64,000 nucleotides of DNA, from NCBI GenBank assembly GCA_963771355.1, contig CAVYTA010000005.1, positions 576,001 to 640,000 on the forward strand. Reading direction: 5' to 3'. The stretch comes from an uncultured Candidatus Rokubacteria bacterium. GTDB taxonomy: Bacteria; Methylomirabilota; Methylomirabilia; Rokubacteriales; CSP1-6. Position numbers and translations under genes: made by a program. Of the stretch, positions 46,582 to 54,809 are shown piece after piece. The notes beneath the pieces are model-generated. The model was not told the origin of the DNA. It did not search any database and saw only the letters and a program-made list of their open reading frames with translations. Position 1 is the first letter of the stretch, and the number at the start of each line of letters is the position of its first letter.

Positions 46582-47589
46582 ATGCGCGCCCTGGTGACCG
46601 GCGGCACCGGCTTCGTGGGCGCCAACCTCGTGCGCGAGCTGCTCGCGGACGGCGACCGCGTGCGCGTGCTCGCGCGCCCGGGCGGCGACCGCCGCGCGCT
46701 GGAGGACTGCGACGTGGAGATCGCGGAGGGCGATCTCCTCGACCCCGCCTCGGTGCGCCGCGCGGTGGCGGGCGTCGAGCGCGTCTTCCACGTAGCCGCC
46801 GACTATCGCCTGTGGGCGCCCGATCCCGCCGCACTCTTCCGGGCCAACGTGGACGGCACCCGGCACGTGCTCGAGGCGGCGGTGGCGGCGGGGGTGGAGC
46901 GGATCGTGTATACCTCCACCGTGGGCGCGCTGGGCATCCCCAAGGACGGCGCTCCCGGCGACGAGCGGACGCCGGTGTCGCTCGCCGACATGGTCGGGCC
47001 CTACAAGGCCTCGAAGTTCGTGGCGGAGGCGGTGGCCCGCGAGTTCGCGGCGCGGGGCGCACCGGTGATCATCGTGAACCCGTCGGCGCCGGTGGGCCCG
47101 TGGGACGTGAAGCCCACCCCCACCGGCCAGATGATCGTGGACTTCCTGCGGGGCAAGATGCTGGGCTCGCTCGACACCGGCCTCAACGTCGTCCACGTGC
47201 GCGACGTCGCCCGCGGGCACATCCTCGCCGCCCAGCGCGGGCGCCTGGGTGAGCGCTACGTGCTCGGCCACGTGAATCTCACGCTGCTGGAGATCTTTCA
47301 GGCTCTCGCCCGCCTCACCGGCGTGGCCGCCCCGCGCTTCCGCGTGCCGTACGCCGTCGCCTGGCTGGCCGCCGCCGGTATGGAAGGCGTGGCCCGGCTC
47401 ACGGGGGGCACGCCGGCGGTGCCGCTCACCGCGGTCCGGATGGCGCGCAAGCGCATGTTCTTCAGCGTGGACAAGGCGGTGCGCGAGCTCGGGCTGCCGC
47501 AGACGCCGGTGGAGCGCGCGCTGGGCGACGCGGTGGACTGGTTCGTGGCGCGGGGCTATGCGCCCGCGCCGCGGCGGCGGGCGGCGTGA
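46582..47589 (+). CDS. hpnA: Hopanoid-associated NAD-dependent sugar epimerase/dehydratase
   Basis: TGGTGFVG, FHVAADYRLW, YKASK, DVKPTPTG, DTGLNVVHV. Confidence 0.92.
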   Translation: MRALVTGGTGFVGANLVRELLADGDRVRVLARPGGDRRALEDCDVEIAEGDLLDPASVRRAVAGVERVFHVAADYRLWAPDPAALFRANVDGTRHVLEAAVAAGVERIVYTSTVGALGIPKDGAPGDERTPVSLADMVGPYKASKFVAEAVAREFAARGAPVIIVNPSAPVGPWDVKPTPTGQMIVDFLRGKMLGSLDTGLNVVHVRDVARGHILAAQRGRLGERYVLGHVNLTLLEIFQALARLTGVAAPRFRVPYAVAWLAAAGMEGVARLTGGTPAVPLTAVRMARKRMFFSVDKAVRELGLPQTPVERALGDAVDWFVARGYAPAPRRRAA

Positions 47590-48467
47590 ACGCGGCGCGC
47601 TTCGTCTCGCGCCTCACCCGCAAGAGCCGCTCGAACTTCTTCTATGCCTTTCTCCTCTTGCCGCGCGCCCAGCGGGACGCCATCTTCGCCGTCTATGCCT
47701 TCTGCCGCATCGTGGACGACGCGGTGGACGAGGGCGTGGACCGCGCGACGCAGCGCCGGGAGCTCGCGCGCTGGCGCGGGGAGCTCGCCCGCATCTGGGG
47801 CGAGGAGCCGACCACGCACCCCGCCGCGGAGCGGCTGCGCGAGGCAGTGCGGCGCTTTCCCATTCCCCGGGAGGCCCTCGAGGAGATCATCGCGGGGGTG
47901 GAGATGGACCTCGATCGCGCCGCCTACGAGTCCTTCGCGGACCTCTACCCGTACTGCTACCGGGTGGCCTCCGCGGTGGGCCTGTGCAGCATCGCGATCT
48001 TCGGATACAAGGATCCTCGGGCCCAGGACTATGCGATCAACCTTGGGGTGGCGCTCCAGCTCACCAACATCCTGCGCGATGTCCAGACGGACGCCCGCAT
48101 GGGCCGCGTCTACCTGCCCCAGGAGGACCTGCGGCGCTTCGGCGTGACCGGTGAGGATCTCCGCGAGGGACGGTACACGCCCGCCTTCGTGGAGCTGATG
48201 ACCTTCGAGGCGAGGCGAGCCCGCGACTACTACGCGCGCGCGTGGCGGGGCCTGCCCGCGGTGGACCGGCGGACTCTCTTCGCCGCCGAGATCATGGGTC
48301 ACACCTACTTCGCGCTGCTGCGGGCCATCGAGGCGCGGCGCTTCGACGTGTTTGGTGAGCGCGTTGCCGTCCCCACGCGCCGCCGCGTCGCCATCGCGCT
48401 TGCGGGCTGGGTGCGCTCCCGCCTCGGCACCCGGGGCCGCTCCCCGCTCGCCGGCGCCGCCAGCTAG
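47586..48467 (+). CDS. hpnD: Presqualene diphosphate synthase
   Basis: SRSNFFYAF, YAFCRIVDDAVD, YCYRVASAVG, QLTNILRD, GRVYLP. Confidence 0.88.
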   Translation: MNAARFVSRLTRKSRSNFFYAFLLLPRAQRDAIFAVYAFCRIVDDAVDEGVDRATQRRELARWRGELARIWGEEPTTHPAAERLREAVRRFPIPREALEEIIAGVEMDLDRAAYESFADLYPYCYRVASAVGLCSIAIFGYKDPRAQDYAINLGVALQLTNILRDVQTDARMGRVYLPQEDLRRFGVTGEDLREGRYTPAFVELMTFEARRARDYYARAWRGLPAVDRRTLFAAEIMGHTYFALLRAIEARRFDVFGERVAVPTRRRVAIALAGWVRSRLGTRGRSPLAGAAS

Positions 48468-48470
48468 CCC

Positions 48471-48838
48471 GTGCGCGCCGCCGTCTATCTCGGCGCGGGC
48501 CGCCTCGAGCTGCAGGACTGGCCCGAGCCGTGTTCGAGGACGAGGGGGCGCCGGCGGCGGCCCTCGCCGAGGCCACCGAGGGCCGCGGCGTCGACGTGGC
48601 GGTGCTGACCGCGGGCGGCGCCGCCGCAGTGGGGGCGGCCGCGGCGGCGGTGCGGGACGGCGGCCAGGTGCATTGCTTCGCGGGTGGGGGCGCGGGCCCG
48701 CTGCCCGTCCCGCTCGATACCGTCTATCACCGCGAGCTGACGATCACCGCGACGTATTCCGCCTCTCTCGCGGAGCTGGCCGAGGCCGTCATCCTCATGC
48801 GCCGGCAGGAAGCGCTGAAGGTCTACGTCACGCCATGA
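48471..48838 (+). pseudogene. Internally deleted Zn-dependent alcohol dehydrogenase remnant
   Basis: First 20 codons VRAAVYLGAGRLELQDWPEP jump out of frame to the C-terminal part TEGRGVDVAV...YHRELTITATYS...ALKVYVTP; catalytic and Zn-binding core missing. Confidence 0.78.
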
Positions 48839-49878
48839 GCGGGCGCATGCGGGCTCAAGTGTTTCACGGCCCCGGCGACCTGCGGCTGGAGGAGCTGCCG
48901 GTGCCGGCGCCGGCATCGGGGGAAGTGGTAATCCGGGTGGAGGCCGCGCTCACTTGCGGCACCGACGTGAAGGTGCTCCGCCGGGGCCATCCCGTGATGA
49001 TTCCCGTCGTGCCCACCGCGTTCGGGCATGAGATGGCGGGTATCGTCACCGCGGTGGGGGCGGGGGTGCACGGCTGGCGCGAGGGCGACCGGCTGGTCGC
49101 CGCCAACTCCGCGCCCTGCGGCAGCTGCCCGCCGTGCCGCGCGGGGCGGCCGAATCTCTGCGAGGATCTCCTGTTCGTCAACGGCGCCTACGGCGAGTAC
49201 CTTGCCCTGCCGGCGCGGCTCGTGGCCAGGAACGTCGTGCGCATCGGCCCCGCGCTGCCGGCGTGGCGCGCCGCCTTCGCGGAGCCGCTGGCCTGCGCGC
49301 TGCACGGGATCGACCGCGGTCGCGTGGCGTCGGGTATGACGGTGGCCGTGCTCGGCCACGGTCCGCTCGGCTGCCTCCTCGCGCTGGCCGCCGCCCAGCG
49401 CAAGGCGCGGGTGCTGCTGGTGGGCAAGGGCGGCTGGCGGCTCGAGCGGGTGCGCGCGGCCGGCATCGCGGAGATGCTGGACGCGCGCGAGGGGGGCGAC
49501 CTTCCCGCCGCGCTCCGCGCGCGCACGGATGGACGCGGCCCGGACGTGGTGGTGGATGCTACCGGGCGCCCGGAAGTCTGGGAGGGGGCGCTGGAGGCTG
49601 TCGGGCGGGGCGGCACCGTCGTCTTCTTCGGCGGTTGCGCCCCCGGAACGACGGTCCAGGTGGATACGCGACGCGCGCACTATGAGGAGCTGACCTTGGT
49701 GGGCGCCTTCCACCACACCCCGCAATTGATCCGCCAGGCCGTCCAGCTCCTGGAGTCCGAGACCCTGGTGCCGGACGCGCTGGTCACCCACCAGATGGGC
49801 CTGGCCGCCGTGCCGGATGCCCTCGCGCTGATGGCCGCCGGCCAAGCCCTCAAGATCGCGATCGATCCAGCCGTTTGA
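48835..49878 (+). CDS. Zn-dependent alcohol/polyol dehydrogenase (sorbitol dehydrogenase-like MDR)
   Basis: CGTD, GHEMAG, CGSCPPC...NLC, EPLAC, GHGPLG. Confidence 0.9.
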   Translation: MSGRMRAQVFHGPGDLRLEELPVPAPASGEVVIRVEAALTCGTDVKVLRRGHPVMIPVVPTAFGHEMAGIVTAVGAGVHGWREGDRLVAANSAPCGSCPPCRAGRPNLCEDLLFVNGAYGEYLALPARLVARNVVRIGPALPAWRAAFAEPLACALHGIDRGRVASGMTVAVLGHGPLGCLLALAAAQRKARVLLVGKGGWRLERVRAAGIAEMLDAREGGDLPAALRARTDGRGPDVVVDATGRPEVWEGALEAVGRGGTVVFFGGCAPGTTVQVDTRRAHYEELTLVGAFHHTPQLIRQAVQLLESETLVPDALVTHQMGLAAVPDALALMAAGQALKIAIDPAV

Positions 49879-49903
49879 GCCAGCGAGCGGCGTCCGGTAT
49901 ACT
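49875..49903 (+). promoter_or_regulatory. Sigma70 promoter for a probably leaderless ispH transcript
   Basis: TTGAGC-17 bp-TATACT, then 7 nt to ATG 49911; no RBS. Confidence 0.65.
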
Positions 49904-49910
49904 GCCTCGC

Positions 49911-50915
49911 ATGGCCACCATCCCTCTCCTTCAAGACATCGTGCTGGCCGGGCCTCGCGGCTTCTGCGCCGGCGTGGACCGCGCCATCGACATCGTCGAG
50001 CTGGCGCTGCAGGTCTGCCCGCCCCCCGTGTACGTGCGGAAGGAGATCGTGCACAACCGCCACGTGGTGGAAGCGTTGCGCGCCAAGGGCGCCCACTTCG
50101 TGGACGAGCTCGACGAGGTCCCCGACGACGCCACCGTGATCTTCAGCGCCCACGGGATCTCGCCCGCGGTGCGGCAGGAGGCCGAGCAGCGGGGCCTGCG
50201 CGTGATCGACGCCACGTGCCCGCTGGTGACCAAGGTGCACCTGGAGGCCATCCGCTACGCGCGCGAGGGCTACTCCATCATTCTCGTCGGCCATGCTGAC
50301 CACGACGAGGTGGTGGGGACCATGGGCGAGGCGCCCGACCGCATGTTCGTGATCGCGCATCCCGACGAGGTCGAGCGGCTGGTGGTGCCGGATCCCGAAA
50401 AGGTGGCCTTTCTCACGCAGACCACCCTGTCCGTGGACGACACCCGCGACTGCATCGCCGCCTTGCAGCGGCGCTTCCCCAAGATCGTGGGCCCGGCCAA
50501 GGACGACATCTGCTACGCGACGCAGAACCGGCAGGCGGCGGCCAAGACGGTGGCCGCGGGCGTCGACGTGCTCCTCGTCATCGGCGCGGCGAACAGCTCG
50601 AACGCCAATCGTCTGGTGGAAGTGTCCAAGGGGCTGGGCACCGCGTCCTACCTCATCAACGACAAGAACGACATCCGGCCCGAGTGGCTCGAGGGCGCGA
50701 CGCGCGTCGGGGTGACCGCGGGCGCCTCCACGCCCGAGTTCCTCGTCACCGAGGTGGTGGAAGCGCTCCGGGCGTCGCGGCCCGCCGAGGTCCGCGAGGT
50801 CCACGTGGTGGAGGAGGACGTCCGCTTCGGCCTTCCCAAAGAGCTGGAGGAGATCGCCCGCCACGCCGGCAAGACGCTGCCCGCCCGTCGCAGCGCGGGC
50901 GTGGACGAGGAGTAG
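49911..50915 (+). CDS. ispH: 4-hydroxy-3-methylbut-2-enyl diphosphate reductase
   Basis: PRGFCAGV, EIVHN, SAHG, DATCPLV, QTTLS, ICYATQNRQ, SSN, TAGASTP. Confidence 0.97.
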   Translation: MATIPLLQDIVLAGPRGFCAGVDRAIDIVELALQVCPPPVYVRKEIVHNRHVVEALRAKGAHFVDELDEVPDDATVIFSAHGISPAVRQEAEQRGLRVIDATCPLVTKVHLEAIRYAREGYSIILVGHADHDEVVGTMGEAPDRMFVIAHPDEVERLVVPDPEKVAFLTQTTLSVDDTRDCIAALQRRFPKIVGPAKDDICYATQNRQAAAKTVAAGVDVLLVIGAANSSNANRLVEVSKGLGTASYLINDKNDIRPEWLEGATRVGVTAGASTPEFLVTEVVEALRASRPAEVREVHVVEEDVRFGLPKELEEIARHAGKTLPARRSAGVDEE

Positions 50916-50917
50916 CG

Positions 50918-51859
50918 GTGCACCTCGTCACCTTCCGCCGAGGCCGGAGCCAGGGGCGGGTGGGGGCGGTGTGGCACGAAGCGGTCCTCGATCTGGGCGC
51001 CATCGCGCGGGACCTTGCTGCCCAGGGCGGCGCCGTGGGGCGCGCCCGCGGCGGCTTCCCCAAGACCATGCTCGAGCTCATCCAGGGCGGCGCCCCCGCG
51101 CTGGAGGCGGCCCGCGCCGCGTGGGAGGCGGGCCAGCGGCTCGTGGAGAGTCAGCCCCTCGAGGAGCTCACGCGGCGCAAGCTGGTCTTTGCCCTCGCCA
51201 AGGTGCGGCTGCAGGCGCCGATTCCCGCGCCCGCCCGGAACATCTTCTGCCTCGGGCGCAACTACGCTGACCATGCCGCCGAGCGCGGTGCCGCCGTGCC
51301 TGAACACCCGGTGTACTTCACCAAGCCGGCGCACGCAGTGGTAGGCCCCGGCGACCGGGTGGTGCACCACGCGGTGACCAAGGAGCTGGACTACGAGGTC
51401 GAGCTCACCGCGGTGATCGGATCGGCCGGGCGGGACATCCCCCGTGGCGAGGCGCTGCGGCACGTCTTCGGCTACACCATCATCAACGACGTCACCGCGC
51501 GGGACCTCCAGAAGCGACACGGCCAGTGGTTCAAGGGGAAATCCCTGGACACCTTCTGTCCCATGGGGCCCATCCTGGTCACCGCCGACGAGATTCCCGA
51601 TCCGCAGGCGCTCGCGGTTTCGCTTCGGGTGAACGGTCAGGTCCGCCAGTCCAGCCACACGTCGAAGATGATCTTCCCGGTGGACCAGTGCATCGAAGTC
51701 CTGTCGCAGGGGCTGACGCTCCTGCCCGGGGACGTCATCGCCACCGGCACGCCGGATGGGGTGGGGGCTGCCACCGGTAACTTCCTCAAGGTGGGCGACC
51801 GGATGGAAGCCGAGGTGGAGCACATCGGAGTCCTCGCCAACCGAATCGCGGCGCCCTAG
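50918..51859 (+). CDS. Fumarylacetoacetate hydrolase family protein
   Basis: IFCLGRNYADH, LDYEVEL, NDVTARDLQ, GKSLDTFCP, GDVIATGTP. Confidence 0.92.
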   Translation: MHLVTFRRGRSQGRVGAVWHEAVLDLGAIARDLAAQGGAVGRARGGFPKTMLELIQGGAPALEAARAAWEAGQRLVESQPLEELTRRKLVFALAKVRLQAPIPAPARNIFCLGRNYADHAAERGAAVPEHPVYFTKPAHAVVGPGDRVVHHAVTKELDYEVELTAVIGSAGRDIPRGEALRHVFGYTIINDVTARDLQKRHGQWFKGKSLDTFCPMGPILVTADEIPDPQALAVSLRVNGQVRQSSHTSKMIFPVDQCIEVLSQGLTLLPGDVIATGTPDGVGAATGNFLKVGDRMEAEVEHIGVLANRIAAP

Positions 51860-51943
51860 CGAAACGGGCGCCTACCGCGCCGGCCCAACGTCACCGTCAC
51901 CCTCAGCCGTCCGGACAGCGTCGTTCGTGGGCCGGGCTTCTCC

Positions 51944-52428
51944 ATGCGCTATCGGTCCTGCTGGGGGTGCTGTGGCTCGCGGCGGTGCCCGCCGCTGCCC
52001 AGACCATGATCATCGGGATCGACGAGAAGGTCACCTGGGACGCCAAGGGCAAGCAGCTCTTCACCCCTCCGGGCAAGGACGCGGTCTCGGTGGTGGACAT
52101 CTCCAACCCGGAGGCCCCCAAGATCATCGCCAACCTGCCCCTGATGAACTCCTTCTTCGGGCCGCCCGTGAACCTCGCGGTCTCGTCGGACGGCAAGCTG
52201 GCGGTGGTGGCCAACTCGATGGATTGGCAGAAGGACGGCGACGCCTGGAAGCCGGTGCCCGACAACAAGCTCGTCGTCTTCAGCCCGGACGGCCAGTACA
52301 TCTACGTCGGGAACTACATGGATCGTGACGTCTCCATCCTCAAGGTCGAGAAGAACGGGCGGGTGGTCAATACCGGGAAGTCGCTCAAGCTTCCCGGCCA
52401 GCCCGCGTCTATGCGCGGCGCGAAGTAG
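51944..52428 (+). pseudogene. Secreted YncE-like beta-propeller protein, apparently internally deleted and with its ATG out of frame
   Basis: Signal peptide, propeller-type repeats (LAVSSDGK; VFSPDGQYIYVGNY) but only ~150 aa; apparent junction at DNKL|VVFSPDG (~52272). Confidence 0.6.
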
Positions 52429-52609
52429 CCGCGCCGCGCACGCGATCTCCGGCCGCGCGCGCGATCTCCCGGGCGGGGCGACGGGTTCTGCGGCGCCCCG
52501 CCCGACCCCCCTGGCACCGTCCTTCGGCGCGTGGTAGCATCCCCCCACATCAGCCCTCTTCCTTCTTCCGTCGTGCTATCTGTCGTGCCGGGATCACGGG
52601 GAGGCGAAC

Positions 52610-54694
52610 ATGGCGCTCGACATCGCGAAGATCCGCAACATCGGCTTCGTCGGCCACGGCGGCGTCGGCAAGACGTCCCTGGTCGAGGGCATGCTCCACG
52701 CTGCGGGCGCGGTGAGCCGCCTCGGGCGCGTGGACGACGGCACCACCACCACCGACTTCGACCCCGACGAGATCAAGCGCAAGATCTCCCTCTCGACGGC
52801 GGTGGCCTTCTGCGACTACAAGGGCCATCGCCTCAACCTCGTGGACACGCCCGGATACGGCGACTTCGTGTCCGATGCACGCGCGGGGCTGCGGGCGGTG
52901 GGCGCCGCGGTGGTGGTGGTGGACGCGGTGGCGGGGGTCCAGGTCCAGACCGAGAAGGTCTGGAAGATGGCCAACGACTACGGGCTGCCGCGCATCATCG
53001 TGATCAACCGCATGGACCGGGAGCGGGCGGACTTCTACCGCGCGCTGGAGTCGCTGCAGCGCCGGCTCAAGGGGCGGCTGTGCCCACTTCAGGTGCCGAT
53101 CGGGAGCGAGGCGGGATTCCAGGGCGTGGTGGATCTCGTCAAGATGAAGGCGCTCCTCACCGTGGACGGCAAGACGCGCGAGGCGGAGATTCCGGGCGAG
53201 GTGATGGACGCCGCCAAAGAGTGGCGCGAGAAGCTGACGGAGGCCGCCGCCGAGACCGACGACGACCTGCTCACGAAGTACCTGGAGGAGGGCTCGATCG
53301 CGGAAGGCGAGATGCTGACGGCCCTCCGGAAGGCCATCGGCGCGGGCGCGCTGGTGCCCGTGCTCGCCGCGGCGGCGACGCGGGGCATCGGGATCCAGCC
53401 GGTGATGGACCTCATCGTGGACGAGTTCCCCTCGCCGATCGAGCAGGGCGCGGTGGAGGGGGTGGACGTCAAGAGCAAGGCGGCGGCCACCCGGGCGCCG
53501 GATCCGAAGGCGCCGTTCTCGGCGGTGGTGTTCAAGACGGTGTCCGATCCGCACGTGGGCAAGCTCTCCATCTTCCGGGTCTGCTCCGGCACGCTCAAGG
53601 CCGACAGCCAGGTGCTCAACGCCACCAAGGGCATCAAGGAGCGCGTGGGCCACATCGGCTGGCTCCAGGGTAAGACCCAGAAGCCGGTGGAGACGCTGGG
53701 GCCGGGCGAGATCGGGGTGGTGGCCAAGCTCAAGGACACCCTTACCGGCGACACGCTCTGCGACGAGGCGCACCCCCTGATCCTCCCCGCCATCAAGTTC
53801 CCCGAGCCCGCCATCTCATTTGCCATCCAGCCCAAGACCCGTGGCGACGAGGACAAGATCTCCACCGCGCTCCATCGGATGGCCGAGGAAGATCCCACCC
53901 TCCACCATCACTTCGACCCCGAGACCAAGCAGCTCCTCGTCTCGGGCATGGGCCAGCTCCACGTGGAGATGGTGGTGGAGCGGATGAAGCGAAAGTACAA
54001 CGTGGACGTGCTCGTCCTCCCGCCGCGCATCCCCTACAAGGAGACGGTGAAGGGGCGGGCGGAAGTGCAGGGCAAGTACAAGAAGCAGACGGGCGGCCGC
54101 GGCCAGTACGGCGACACCTGGCTGCGCATCGAGCCGCTCGCCCGCGGCGGCGGGTTCGAGTTCGAGGACGACATCTTCGGCGGCGCCATTCCGCGTAACT
54201 TCATCCCCTCCTGCGAGAAGGGGGTGCGCGACTGCATGAAGCGGGGGATCTTCGCCGGCTACCCGGTGGTGGACCTCAAGGTCACCCTCTACGACGGGTC
54301 CTATCACGACGTGGACTCGTCCGACATGGCGTTCCAGATCGCGGCCTCCATGGGATTGCAGAAGGGCTTCATGGAGGCGCACCCGATCCTGCTGGAGCCG
54401 GTGATGAACGTGGAGGTGACCGCGCCCTCCGACCATGCCGGCGACGTGATCGGCGACATCAACGGCCGCCGCGGCCGGGTGGTGGGCATGGAGCCCGACG
54501 GCGAGACGGTGTCGGTGCGCGCCCAGGTGCCGATGGCGGAGATGCTCACCTACGAGTCGAGCCTGCGCTCCATGACGGGGGGCCGCGGCGCGTACTCGAT
54601 GGAGTTCTCGCACTACGAGGAAGTGCCCGCTCACCTCGCCGAGAAGGTGGTCAAGGAAGCCAAGGCGGAGAAGGAGAAGGAGAGGGCGCACTAG
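52610..54694 (+). CDS. fusA: Elongation factor G paralogue (EF-G2 type)
   Basis: GHGGVGKT, KRKISL (canonical ERGITI), DTPGY, NRMD, KKQTGGRGQYG, DGSYHDVDSS; outside the str operon. Confidence 0.92.
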   Translation: MALDIAKIRNIGFVGHGGVGKTSLVEGMLHAAGAVSRLGRVDDGTTTTDFDPDEIKRKISLSTAVAFCDYKGHRLNLVDTPGYGDFVSDARAGLRAVGAAVVVVDAVAGVQVQTEKVWKMANDYGLPRIIVINRMDRERADFYRALESLQRRLKGRLCPLQVPIGSEAGFQGVVDLVKMKALLTVDGKTREAEIPGEVMDAAKEWREKLTEAAAETDDDLLTKYLEEGSIAEGEMLTALRKAIGAGALVPVLAAAATRGIGIQPVMDLIVDEFPSPIEQGAVEGVDVKSKAAATRAPDPKAPFSAVVFKTVSDPHVGKLSIFRVCSGTLKADSQVLNATKGIKERVGHIGWLQGKTQKPVETLGPGEIGVVAKLKDTLTGDTLCDEAHPLILPAIKFPEPAISFAIQPKTRGDEDKISTALHRMAEEDPTLHHHFDPETKQLLVSGMGQLHVEMVVERMKRKYNVDVLVLPPRIPYKETVKGRAEVQGKYKKQTGGRGQYGDTWLRIEPLARGGGFEFEDDIFGGAIPRNFIPSCEKGVRDCMKRGIFAGYPVVDLKVTLYDGSYHDVDSSDMAFQIAASMGLQKGFMEAHPILLEPVMNVEVTAPSDHAGDVIGDINGRRGRVVGMEPDGETVSVRAQVPMAEMLTYESSLRSMTGGRGAYSMEFSHYEEVPAHLAEKVVKEAKAEKEKERAH

Positions 54695-54702
54695 CGGACG
54701 GG

Positions 54703-54789
54703 CCGGCGGCCGCGTCGTTCCCGAGCCGGCTCGCGTCCTTCTGTCGGCTCATCCTCTTTGACAAGCGGGGCACCGGACGGTCCGACCGC
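54703..54789 (+). pseudogene. Relic fragment of an alpha/beta-hydrolase domain
   Basis: Intergenic stretch translates to PAAASFPSRLASFCRLILFDKRGTGRSDR, resembling the ILFDKRGTGLSDR motif; no start codon. Confidence 0.65.
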
Positions 54790-54809
54790 GAGCGTGGGCT
54801 GACAACCGC

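Noticed and set aside
47586..48467. Carotenoid phytoene synthase crtB
   Set aside because: The SNFFYAF motif and hpn context favour HpnD; no crtI nearby; hpnC/hpnE presumably lie elsewhere
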